From Octopus vulgaris (taxonomy: Eukaryota): a stretch of 64,000 bases of DNA. Numbering within the stretch: the stretch's first letter is position 1; every line of letters begins with the position of its first letter. Made by a program: the position numbers and the translations under genes. The notes beneath the pieces were generated by a model, which was given only the letters and a program-made list of their open reading frames with translations, had not been told where the DNA came from and made no database searches. Where the stretch lies: NCBI GenBank assembly GCA_951406725.2, contig OX597816.1:118420001-118484000 (forward strand). Direction: 5' to 3'. Shown piece after piece: positions 1-11,370 of the stretch.

Positions 1-454
1 ACAAACATAGGCTTCATTACTTATCTACATTTTTACACTATTTTGTTTCTTTCTAATCATCATCTAACAACTACAACGACAGCTGCTGCCAAGCAAAGTA
101 AGAGCAGGTGCACTTGTCCACACTATAAAATCAATTATTAAGTTATTTCAGTATCTCACTAACTTCAATGATCACTGCCTATCTCCATTTGCAAGAGAAA
201 CTCGAGTTCAACAGCTATCAAAAAAGCACAGTCCCATTAACACATATTACTTACAAAAGTTAAACATGAATTTCTCTTTGTCTCACAATGTCATACATAT
301 ATAATGTATCCCAGTTTTTAAATGAAGTGTACCATATCTCTGCATTTCATACAAGGCTATTAAAGGGTTGGCATAAGGAAGGGCATCCAACCATAAAACA
401 CTGTCTTAAAAAGTTTATCAAACAAAGTGTGTGTGTGTGTGTGTGTATACATAC

Positions 455-860
455 ATACATGAATTTCACAGTTCCAGGTTTGTCCCCATAACATGGACAT
501 TATCTACAGGTATCCTCTTCCATAGTCACAGATTACCCAATACCATATGAATGAAATTAGTAGACAAAAATTGAAAATGCTCACCATATGTGTCTGCATG
601 CACATGCACGTATGTGAACTCACGTCTTCACAAGTTGTGTGTCATTTCTAAACAAAAGCCTTAACATTCAAACAAACATCTTTCTTTGCTTCCAGTCTTT
701 CACAGAAGCATGTTGTTCAATAGATTGGGTGGGTGCCTCGCTATCTTGCTTGAAAACAGGTGAGATTAGTACCAAGAAGGGTTTCTGAGTGTAGGAGATT
801 TCACTTCAATGTAGTCTCAACCCATGCAAGCATGGAAAATTAGCAGTTAAAACAACACCA
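455..860 (+). mobile_element. Decayed tRNA/CORE-type SINE with RTE-like 3' tail (family B)
   Basis: Head cacagttccaggtttgtcccc..., tail caacccatgcaagcatggaaaa...gttaaa. Same layout as copies at 1515-1955 and 32570-33385. Confidence 0.55.
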
Positions 861-1514
861 TATATATATATATCATGCATGCATGCACACATACATATAA
901 ATAAAAGAAAAGGCTGAATACTTAAATTTTTCTTTAGAGAATAAGTAACAATGCAAGTAACTTATATTTTATTTTTGTAATTTGCAGTAAATCCAACATA
1001 AAATTTTAAAGTATTAAAGAGTTTGAACTGTCGACTTACATTCAACATTTTTATATTGACAATATCCATTTATGGGCAATTATTAATTACTCTAGAGTTA
1101 TATCAAAACTTATCAACTGTATTATGTTTAAATATGAGTTTCTATCTTGTTTCAGAGTCTCAAACAGATCTGGAAGTATCTGGAGAATTATAGATTTCTT
1201 TGTTTTTTTTAATTAAGTCATTATTAGAAATTGTGCAAACATTATTACAACTTGTGGTCAATTGTTAGTTTGACCAAGATCTAATGAATGTGTAATATGT
1301 AACATATGGTATAATTATAACCAGGGCAAATTTTAGCCATTTCTTCACAGACTGAAAAAAACGATGAACAACCTTAATCAATTTTCGAACCTTATGTGTG
1401 CTTCAAATATATAAAACACACATTTTATATATTTGAAGTACTAGTTATGAACTAAATACCATACCAAGGAATCAAGACAGGATTAGACATTGAGAACATT
1501 ATGCGATGCATTAT

Positions 1515-1955
1515 CATCATCATTTAACATTCACGTTTCCATGCTTGCACAGATCAGACGGAATTTATTTGAAGCATATTTTCTACAGCCATCTCCTTCC
1601 TACTGCTAATCCTCACCTCTTTCCAAGCAAGGTAATATTTCCCATAGCCAGACATGTTCTTACAGAATATTAGAAATGAATGATACTGCTTGTGTGACAG
1701 TGACACTCATTTACAATTATCACATGATATCAAGGTAAAGAGAGAGACAGATACAGACACACACATGTATATACATATATATATATATATACAACAGGCG
1801 TCTTTCAGTTTCTGTCAACCAAATCCATGCACAAAGTTTTGGTTAGCCCAAGGCTATAGTAGAAGACACTTGATCAAGGAGCCATGCAGTAGTACTGAAT
1901 CCAGAACCAAACTTCCTACCATACACCCATGCCTGTACAATCCTACCTGTGCCTA
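1515..1955 (-). mobile_element. tRNA/CORE-type SINE with RTE-like 3' tail (family B)
   Basis: Minus strand: CORE-like ccttgatcaagtgtcttctactatagcc, central (TA)/(TG) tract, tail gcaagcatggaaacgtgaatgttaaatgatgat. Confidence 0.75.
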
Positions 1956-2084
1956 AATAACTGTTCATATAGATCTTTCATAACATCTTTCCATTATGCT
2001 GGAGATTTAGATTATATTTTTAATTTCATTCATTAGTTGTGTTTGTAAAAAGTGTAACTCTCAATCATATATGTAACAAGCAGA

Positions 2085-2310
2085 ATAATAATGGTATCAA
2101 ATTTTGGCACAAGGCCAGCAATTTCAGAGGAGGGGATTAAGTCAATTACACTGGACCCAGTGTTCAACTGCTACTTATCTTATTGATCCCAAAAGGATGA
2201 AAGGTAAAGTCAACCTTGGCAAAATTTGAACTCAGAACATAAAGACAGACGAAATGCCTCTAAGCATTTTGCCTCGCATGCTAACCATTCTGCCAGCTCG
2301 CCACCTTAAG
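2085..2310 (-). mobile_element. SINE family C (Deu/Nin-like central domain, (ATT)n tail)
   Basis: Minus strand: ggtggcgagctggcagaatggttagc...ttctgagttcaaattt...ctttcatccttttgggatcaataagataagt. More than 10 related copies in the window. Confidence 0.8.
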
Positions 2311-2791
2311 CAGAATAATAATAACAGCTTCTAAAATGATTTACAAAGCTGAAGTGACTTACTGTCACATTATCCAATAACCTATTCAAAGTGGGATATA
2401 GCTTTTTATTTTCTTCCCCCATCCCATTTCATCAAATGAAAGTAGTACAGTTAAACAACAACATTAAAGATAAATAAGATAAAAGAAGTAACTTCAATGG
2501 CATATGAAACAAAAGTGGCCTAATAATTCATGGTATCTAGTCCAAATTAGCATAGTTGTGATAGCGTGCCATAAAGGCAGTTAACCTGAACCAAAATATT
2601 AAGTGCATACGTTTTAAGAGAATTACATTGAATCAATACGTTTTGGGCCAATAAACACAAACAACAACAACAAAACTGTTTATGGCTCCATGAATCAGTT
2701 GTTTTTTACTTATGGAAAGTGAATGGACACAGTAAATAATATTTTCAGGCTATGAGGGTTAGAAACCAGAAAGTATGATAAAAGCAATTAA

Positions 2792-3238
2792 CCCTTTTAA
2801 TACAATTTCCATCTGAGACAGCTCCTGGGTCAATGATACAAATTTATTTTAATCCTTTAGTATTTAAACCAGCCATATCTGGCCCAAATATTTTACCCTT
2901 TTTATGTTCAAACTAGCCTGATCAGGCTTCTCACATCTACCCTACAATGTAATCTTGAAAATTATACAATCATGTCATCAAAACCTTAAAGCTACCAGAT
3001 GATGCATGAATAATTAAAAGCAATGTGAATCAATAAGCATCACCTTTGACAGAGTAATCTGAGTGCTAAAGGGTTAAAGTGATCTAAATCAAAGTTTTTC
3101 GATCCAAATTTCATGTGAATCTGTGCTCTAAACACTGGCTTAATGATGAAAACGTTATTTTATTAAATTCTTTATTATTTCATCATTAACTGAAACAAAG
3201 CCAGTGTATTTCAACAGAAATATGGTAACAGAAGCATT
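2792..3238 (+). mobile_element. TTAA-flanked MITE family B (host) carrying a nested MITE
   Basis: TTAA|CCCTTT start at 2788; body shared with 11666-11810, 21469-21729, 58032-58828 and 63885-63960. Confidence 0.65.
2853..3073 (+). mobile_element. TTAA-flanked piggyBac-type MITE family A (~220 bp)
   Basis: TTAA 2849-2852, (c)cctttag...ctaaaggg, TTAA 3074-3077. Four further copies in the window. Confidence 0.85.
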
Positions 3239-3899
3239 TTAATATTTAATCTGATCTGATTTGTAAGCTTGATAGTTTGAGAGATAATGTGGAAAGGAAG
3301 TTAATTCTATAGAGATGAAATTCTAGAATGGATCAGGGATTAATTAATATGTAAGGTCTGCAACTGAATAAGACTTCTCAAATTCTAGGCTGCCTTATTA
3401 TCTTTAAAAAAAAAAAATCAACAACCATTTAGCTGTGATTTCATATTTTTGTATCTAAGGTAAACTTTGGTAAAGTTCTAAACTTAGAACCAATAAATCA
3501 AAATTTTTATAAGTATTTTTTATTCATTCAATTTAAATACGCTTAACATGATGCTGAAAAATAATTAAAATTGAGCTGAAAGCTATAACTGAACTAAAAT
3601 CAGATGTTTCACTGCTTAGCAATTTTGTATTACATAAGGTTTGTTTTGCTTTTGATATTTTACGCCTCACTTTTCCTGGGTGAGGTAGATATTATTTATG
3701 CTTGTTGTTGTTAAATCAATTGTTTTACAGCTAGATACCCTCCCCACCAATAATAAGTGAACTGTGAATTAGGAGTAGAACCGGTTTTGCCAGTCAGGTA
3801 AACTGGAGCAAAGTTATAGAAATAATAAATCTGAATGCAATGCTTGTCATTGACGTATTAATTAACTCTCTCTCTCTCTCTCTCTCTCTCATCAAGTCA

Positions 3900-4105
3900 C
3901 CTTCAGGCTATTGCTGCAACAACTTCAATGAAACATTTACAGTATTGGGTGAAAGTTAGAGAATTTGAAGGTTTTTCAGAACTCAACGATGGCCAACAAA
4001 TGAAATTGTATCCTTGGCTCAACTTCAAGATTAACTGCTGTGCTATTACATGAGACAAGCTGAATGTTTCCAGTTTGAAAATGGCCTCACAGTTCATGCT
4101 ATCTT
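3900..4105 (+). pseudogene. Possible decayed hAT transposase C-terminal (dimerisation) fragment
   Basis: Plus-strand LQYWVKVREFEGFSEL..MKL and FQFENGLTVHAI loosely resemble the hAT dimerisation domain. Weak, by-eye match. Confidence 0.25.
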
Positions 4106-5312
4106 ATTTATTACTTAAGTATTTAAACACGTTATATGTAAAATAAAAATGAATGATAAAAACTTGAGTGAGGTATTTTATCTTAGCATATTCTAACTAT
4201 TCCTGGAAGCTCAAAGATTCCTGATAATGCTGCATTAGAGTTTGATATTTCTAAGATACTACATAGTATTATTAACACTACACATAAATAGAAATCCTTC
4301 AAATGGATGTAGAAGCAAGTGAGCAAATATTCTGAAAAGAGATATTTTAAAATTATTAACATTGTCTTATTTATGGAATTTTTAAATCCATATTCACCAC
4401 TAATCTTTAAATTCTGCAATATATTTTAATTGGATTTATTATTAGCATTGCTGAGGCCACCTAAAACCAGATCTTTGCATTTATACTTGCTTTGCATTAA
4501 TTCTTTAAACAAATATCTGTTAATTCCTCTGCAGGCCTTACTTTGACTGCAATCAGGCTTTATATAAGATAAAAAATATTTTTTAAATCATTGCTTTTTT
4601 TTTCTTTGTTTTTTTTTTTTAATGCTAGACTATACAGAAGCCATTGCAAGTAAAAGATGGTAATAATAATATTCTGATTTGAGATATGCTTGAAGCAGCT
4701 GAAACTGGAAAAGTTTGGCACTGACAACATTCAAAATTTTGGTTCTTATTTTGACATATTGCACAGACAATGTCTACCTAAGGTCCAACACAATCCAGAT
4801 CAAGTACCTAGATGATTCCTTATTTGTGAAACATCAATCCTTGAGGAATTACCAATAGGTAATCCTGCCCCATTACTTATTTGTTAGTAATTTGTAAATA
4901 ACCATCCAAAATATTATCAGAGTAACTGAACATTTGAGAGAGGGAGAGAGAGGGGAAAAAGAAAGAGAGAATGTAATTCCTGCAGAACAAAAGAGAGAGT
5001 GTGTATAATTCCTGCAGAACAAAAGGGATTTATGTCTAAGTCCTACAGGACAACTGACCAGCTCCCTCATCATCACAATTTGTTGCCCCTGTAGCTGCAA
5101 GCCCATTTTGTCACCTTGAGAAGGGCACTTAAAATAAATACATCACTAAGTTTATTTCAGGTATTTTAAGCTGTAAACAGGCTACTTTCCAATTCAAAAT
5201 GAGGTTAAACTTTTGTTTTCTGATGCCATTTTCATTTGTTTATATACTGCCTATGAAGTAAATAAACTTTGAAATTGACTGCAGTTTTTTTTTTTTTTTT
5301 TTTTTTTTACCA

Positions 5313-5870
5313 AATGAAAATGGCTGCTCTTGCATTTGAAGCTTTTCTGAAAGAAACCGTGTTTGCTTCTGACTCATGACTATTTTGAAGGATTTACTCA
5401 GGCGAATATCGATGATGAAATTATTCAAGGTGATGACGAAGACATAGACTGTGCTTACAGTCATACTCAGAATAATGTACCAAGTGGGTGTTAACATCCA
5501 TGGTTGGCTGATTTAAGGAAAGTACTGGCTCCAAGGAGGTACATTTCCGAGGGGCAACTGTTTCATCTATTCCTTAATGCATTACATAAAAATATTATTC
5601 ATCCATTCCTTTATTAGTATACAAAAAAAATCAAGTCTGTACATACAACAAAAGTTATAACAATTTTAAAACAATAGGTGCTCATGTCTTTTGTTCCCGC
5701 AAAAATTATGCAGTGGCAGGGAAAACTATTCTAAGGGCAAATCAGTGAGTTAATGGTTATGATTCTACTGAATGATGTGTAAGTATACAAAAGGAACCCA
5801 TTGTGTTCCTGAACTGATTACAGGAAAGCTTTTGGTCAATCCCAACATAACTGGCATGAAAAGCTAGAAG
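5313..5870 (+). pseudogene. Possible internally deleted piggyBac transposase relic
   Basis: Acidic N-terminus ...FASDS / DYFEGFTQANIDDEIIQGDDEDID, then PWLAD..FHLFL, resembles PGBD-type N-termini. Stops and frameshifts present. Confidence 0.3.
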
Positions 5871-6129
5871 TGCATCAATTTGAGGACACTACAATTAACT
5901 TCATCTCAACAAAATGAAGAAGCAGTCTGTTCTAACAGTAACCAACAACACCACCACAACTATAAGCTGAAGCTGCAGATGAATAACAACTGCAATATTC
6001 CAAGATGATTGAACATCTGGTCTTCAAATTCATTTTATGCTTATTGTCTTCAAGTTGGTTGACCATCTCTTCTTAATACTAATTATCAGCATAGAAATAT
6101 CAAATAAACTAATGATGTGTATACTAAAG

Positions 6130-7290
6130 CTGTATAGTGAAAGTGGTCATCAGCTTTAGAGTTTCTTTAGAGCAATATGGCAAGAACATAAAAGGCCCTC
6201 TGGATGGGGAAATGCAAAGTAACGATATGAAATAGACTGATTAGTTAAGAAATTGATTAGGGAACATCACAGAAAGACGATAATTCATGAAGTGAACAAT
6301 TTCTACTCTCTAAAAATGGAACATGAATATTTTGACAGACACAAAAAATTTTTTAACGCATCTCATAAGCTCTGAACAAGAATATTATTTGTATTCTTAA
6401 CAGATATGCACTAACAGGAACAAAGCAGACCTAGATTCATTAGACTAGAACAAAAGAAATCTACAAATAAAAAAAACCTCCACCACATACTACACAATGA
6501 GTTTGATTAAAGATCCCCATAAGAGAAGGCAGCAGGTGACTAATGAGCATTAAAGAGCAGCTTAAGCAAGTCTGCAACATAATCTTTGTCAATTATGTTA
6601 AAAGATAGCAAATTGATAAAATTCTGCCAAGAAAATGGATTAGATTTTGAACAGCTAAAGTCTAAATCAAAAGCAGTGGCAAGATGAAAATACTGATGAC
6701 ACATAAATCAACCAAGGTGGACATCTATAAAGACATGCCATTACATGGCCAATACTTCTGCAAAGTAGATACTCTATTTAAAACTAACTATAGCCTGAAT
6801 GAACAAAATTCAAGGCCATCACTACTAAATGTATTGACAGGAATTTCTACAATTCTTACAATAAAGATTATAAATGTCACTTAAGCAGTATATTTTCTGA
6901 AAACTACTATACATTGTGTCAACATCTCCTACACTAGCACAGACAAAATATACTTGAAAATGCAGTTATATAGCAAATCTGCTCTATGTACACCTAACCA
7001 TCGAATTTTAACTCCTTGAAAAAAAAAAAAAAGGCTCTGTTGTATTCATGTGAACCACCACTTGTCTTAGAAAATGACATGAAAATACTATGAAACTACA
7101 GCAGACAGACCAACAGATTGCATATGATAAGCTTGACATCATTTTCCATGACAAGAATGACAATACTGTATTAATTATCAGCATAGAAATACCAAATAAA
7201 CTAATGATGTGTAGAAGCAAGTTAAAAAGCTAAGGAATAACTCCAACCTAGCTGTTAAACTTGTTAAGGAATTTGTGTAACATCTCCAAC
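6130..7290 (+). mobile_element. Highly decayed RLE-type (R4/Dong-like) non-LTR retrotransposon, 3' part
   Basis: YKDMPLHGQY (LHGQ motif preceding the CCHC knuckle) at about 6727-6755. Downstream remnants of the PD...LIIxIxIP endonuclease region at about 7105-7200. Confidence 0.55.
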
Positions 7291-8690
7291 TGAAAGAATA
7301 AACAACATTGACAGACAACCTACATGAATAGGCATAGGAATATTCCAGAGAATTGCAATACCGAGGTCTGTATAAATTTCTTGTGCATTCTCAAACATCA
7401 TTTATTAAACTTAAATGATTTAAGTACACATTTTCCAAGACGTACTTAAATTTTTTTTCCAGAGGAGGAATCCTAACTTATTTCTCAAACAATGAACAAT
7501 AAAAGAGAATGATATTAGGAAACAAACTTCTTGCCACACAGCCATGCCTGCATCTATATTAACCTATTATTAATAATGAAGAAAGAACTGTAAACCATTT
7601 CAAGAAACCATTATATTTTAATAAGAAAAATTATTCAATTCCAGCATTATGACTTCACCTTAAACTAAACCAAGACATGAATATAGAAAGATGGAAAAAA
7701 AATTTAACTAAATATCTATCACTAAAAGTACTTCGTAAAAGAAAAAGAAATTAAGATGATGTTCTCAAAATGCTTATTAAAACAAGAATTTAGTCCAAAC
7801 ATTAATATTTTCTTTCAGACAGTCTGAAAGAAAAAGTGTAAAATAGCTTTTATGATAATGTAAGATACAAATTTTTATTTATAAAAAAAAAAAAATTGTT
7901 TTTAAACCAATGTAACATTAGCCACAAGGGGTAAGTTTGTCAGGCACAGAGTGTCATACAAACTGTTCAAAAAAGAAGGAGCCATGATAAAATAACCATT
8001 ATCTTTTTACCCTAATACTTCACTGGTAATTTATTTCATTGTAATCCACCACCACCCGAACTCCTTAGGATGACAGATAAAGCTTACTTTAGCAGAATTT
8101 GAATATTCTGAATGGAAAGGATTACAACTAAAATACTGTAAAACATTTAGTTTGTTGCTTTGCTGAATATGTTAATCCACTGAAGTCTAGCACCATAAAG
8201 GGCATCCAGTTCTAGAAACCTTGCCAAAGTAGACACTGGAGTCCAATGCAGCTCTCTGGCTAAGCAAATCCTGTCAAACTGTCCAATGCATGCCAGCTTG
8301 AAATGTGGGTGTTAATGACTATTACAACACCACAATGAAGTATAAGTGAGCAAGAAAATGAAAAAGATCAAAAGTTAAAATTGGGAAATGAAGAGAGGAG
8401 ATAGGTGCAGAATATGACTCAGAGACAAAAAAAGAGAGGTGAGGATGGATGTGAGTGTACATAGATAGAAAGGTAGCAATGAAATAATGAAGTGAGATAG
8501 TCATTGAGAATAACAAAAGAGAATGAGTAGATCTAAAAAATGATAACTGAAAGAAAACAAAATGAAACACAAGAAGAAAATGGAGCAAAGCTTCCTGAAG
8601 TAAAGCAGAAATACATTCCATCATTTTTGAAGAACACTAGGCTAATAAAAACAATTAATGAGAGAAAATAAAAAATAAGGTAAACATTAC

Positions 8691-8768
8691 CTGCATAATC
8701 AACATGGTGTCATGTCCATCATCTACATATAAAGAACGTTGGTGGTTCTCTTGTATTGTATGGTTCAT
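8691..8768 (-). CDS. Candidate first coding segment MNHTIQENHQRSLYVDDGHDTMLIMQ (phase-0 intron follows; product unknown)
   Basis: First ATG of the exon (gacATGa), in-frame TAG upstream, 26 open codons to the donor. No homology recognised. Confidence 0.35.
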
Positions 8769-8930
8769 GTCTTGTGGTGAGCCAATATATGACAGAAGCT
8801 ATGTCCTTGGCAACCACTAAAGAGACAAAGCAGAGGGTGTAGAAGCCAAATCTACAGCTTCCAAAAGGCAAAGGAAACAGTCCACTTGAATCTCTTTTTA
8901 GACACTGTCTCCAAAGTAAGTACACAAAAT
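8691..8930 (-). other. Candidate 240-bp exon of a minus-strand gene
   Basis: Acceptor tttatttctattacag| ending at 8931; donor ATGCAG|gtaatg at 8690; non-repetitive, more balanced composition than the flanks. Confidence 0.6.
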
Positions 8931-9434
8931 CTGTAATAGAAATAAATTCAAAATATATTCATATCACAATATAGTAGAAATAAATTCACATTATATTTGC
9001 ATCATAACACACATTCATTTACTCAAAATTGAGGTTTCACTCTATTGCTAGCTCAAGTTTATCATTACTATCATGTTCCATAAGGTGAGAGAATAAAACA
9101 TGCACTCTGAATACATCTTCCTCTTAAGATAATGGTTCACTCCATTGCTGTTCAGTATTTGCCTTCTTCAATCCTTTAGGCGGAATACTGAGAAAAATAT
9201 TGAATAAATAAGCTATTATTACATGTTTGGAGCAATTTGTACCACTTTATCTTTTGCTTAAATATATAACAACATGCATGCATCTGTAAGCTTAAGCGCA
9301 CATGCATATTACAGGTGAAAGATAGCGTCAAACTATACCTATAGTAGAGTGGGTAGTTTATGTGATATATTCAATGTTCAGCTTCACTTGCTTGCTACAC
9401 ACACACACACACAAGTGTTTGTGTATAATAATCA

Positions 9435-10007
9435 TCATCGTCATTTATGTCCATTATCCATGCTGGTATGGGATGGACAGTTTGACCAGAGCTGACAAGT
9501 TAGGAAGCTGCACCAGCTTCCAGTCAGATATAGCCTGGTTTCTACAACCAGATGCCTTCCTAATGCCAACCACTTTACAGAGTGTGCAGGGTGCTTTTAG
9601 TTAGTTAGTTAGTTAGTTAATTTGGCTCAAAAGCAAATAGCAAGGCCATGTAGGGGGACATGGAGTTAAGTACAGGGTGGTGTTCATGTAAAGAGTTCAG
9701 GCCACTTGAGGTCCAGGGAGGCTTTGAACAAAGCGGTCGTCGGCATCTTCACCATCTCGTCTGGCAGCTTGTTCCACGGATCCGCAACCCGGACGGAGAA
9801 AGCTCCTCTCCTTCGATTGAGATGAAATCGTCGCAGGTAGAGCTTTTCGGAATGACCCCGCAGCCGACGCTCTGGAGCAGGAGTGAAGAACAGCTCTTTC
9901 GAGAGGTTACACTTTCGAGAGGTTACACTTTTATGTGGCACCACCACAAGTGCCTTTCACCAGCAGAAGGACTGGTCTTAACACTTTAAGTATGGGTCTT
10001 CTTGAGC

Positions 10008-10010
<3 letters not shown>
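9435..10010 (-). mobile_element. Meta-domain-like SINE (family D), split by a CR1 insertion
   Basis: Minus strand gtggttggcattaggaaggcatctgg; RTE-like tail ...cagcatggataatggacataaatgacgatgatg. Host resumes at 9928. Confidence 0.7.
9600..9927 (-). mobile_element. 5'-truncated CR1/L2-group LINE 3' end with (TAAC)n tail
   Basis: ORF2 C-terminus RRLRGHSEKL...RRGAFSVRVADPWNKLPDEMVKMPTTALFKASLD; CpG-rich and probably young; putative TSD CTTTTA at 9594-9599 and 9928-9933. Confidence 0.9.
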
Positions 10011-10054
<44 letters not shown>

Positions 10055-10161
10055 TAAATGCAGGAAAAAACAGAGATTCTGTTCCCAAATATTTTGCTCT
10101 GATACCAATTCAGAAACCATTAATGATAAAGCAATGATTGCTCTCCTCTATTGATTAATGG

Positions 10162-10550
10162 TTACTTGTTTCAGTCATTTGACTGCGGCCATGCTGCAGC
10201 ACCACCTTCAGTCAAGCAAATCGACCCCAGGACTTATTCTTTGTTAGCCCAGTACTTATTCTATCGGTCTCTTTTGCCGAACTGCTAAGTTACGGGGACG
10301 TAAACACACCACCATCAGTTGTCAAGCAATGTTGGGGGGACAAACACAGACACACAGACATATACACACACATATATATACATATATACGACGGGCTTCT
10401 TTCAGTTTCCGTCTACCAAATCCACTCACAAGGCTTTGGTCGGCCCAAGGCTATAGTAGAAGACACTTGCCCAAGGTGCCATGCAGTGGGAATGAACCTG
10501 GAACCATGTGGTTGGTAAGCAAGCTACTTACCACACAGCCACCCCCGCAC
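10162..10550 (-). mobile_element. Full-length young tRNA/CORE SINE family A (octopus OR-like)
   Basis: Head gtggtaagtagcttgcttaccaaccacatggttccaggttca, CORE-like ggcaccttgggcaagtgtcttctactatagcc, tail gactgaaacaagtaa; many CpGs retained. Confidence 0.88.
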
Positions 10551-10818
10551 CTATTTAGTTAGTTAGTTAGTTTCCAGTAAAGAGCTTCCAACTCTGCCAA
10601 AGCTTATCATAGCCTATGTTGCTCTCTTCTAAATAATGATAATAGAGCCACATTAGTTGGGATCTAGGGCCATTGCCGGGCTTAGGACATGGTTCGTGTG
10701 CCAAGAGTGATGCATAATTACTGTCTAAGCAACAGTTTCCTCATATTATAGATAGGTTTTTTTACTTCACAGATAATCATAACTAATTCCAAGTTATAGA
10801 CAACACAATAAACATGAA

Positions 10819-10820
<2 letters not shown>

Positions 10821-10901
<81 letters not shown>

Positions 10902-10987
10902 TACATACATACATACATACATACATACATACATACATACATACATACATACATACATACATACATACATACATACATACATACATA
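10821..10987. repeat. Compound (CA)n + (CATA)n microsatellite
   Basis: Directly visible perfect tracts. Confidence 0.98.
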
Positions 10988-11019
10988 ACAGCAGTTGTAT
11001 CACTTGATTTTTGTTTTCT

Positions 11020-11370
11020 GAAAATCAAAGAAAAAGAGGATATCTATGGACAACTGCTTCGAAACCTCCAGCTTCTATATCCAGACTATGAATTCATATT
11101 CATAGCAATAATAATTGAAGCACTAGGTTTTGTTAGTAAATGCTTAAAGGAGAATCTGGATAAATTGGGATTTTCAGAAAGAGAAATCGCCCAGCTAATT
11201 TGTAGAAGTGCAATCTGTGAGTGGAACAGCAAAAATATGCAAAACTTTTATCAAGTTCCGAATGTGAATTTGTCTGTATTAACTACATTCCAAAGATGGA
11301 GCCTTGTATCTTTGTTGTAAACCAGCTCCCTCCTCAGTGGAAAATGTATAATTAAAACATAGAAGAGACA
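11020..11370 (+). mobile_element. RLE-type (R4/Dong-like) LINE extreme 3' end
   Basis: KIKEKEDIYGQLLRNLQLLYPDYEFIFIAIIIEALG matches the C-terminus of restriction-like endonuclease domains (K..KY...PIIIGALG); ends in a (TA)n tract. Confidence 0.7.

Noticed and set aside
3905-4020. EGFSELNDGQQMKL resembling a nuclear-receptor ligand-binding motif
   Set aside because: Short match closed by a stop, with no flanking exons; a hAT remnant or chance is more plausible.
8719-8925. 68-aa ORF-track entry as the product of the candidate exon
   Set aside because: It starts at GTG and stops 28 nt before the donor, with no recognisable homology. It cannot be fully excluded as a uORF or terminal coding frame.
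10480-10550. tRNA gene-like box A/B sequences at SINE heads
   Set aside because: They continue into CORE-like SINE bodies and are multi-copy and diverged; not complete cloverleafs.
10718-11028. Overlapping MYVC/HT-repeat ORFs
   Set aside because: Translations of (CA)n(CATA)n. Only the portion after about 11020 is LINE-derived.
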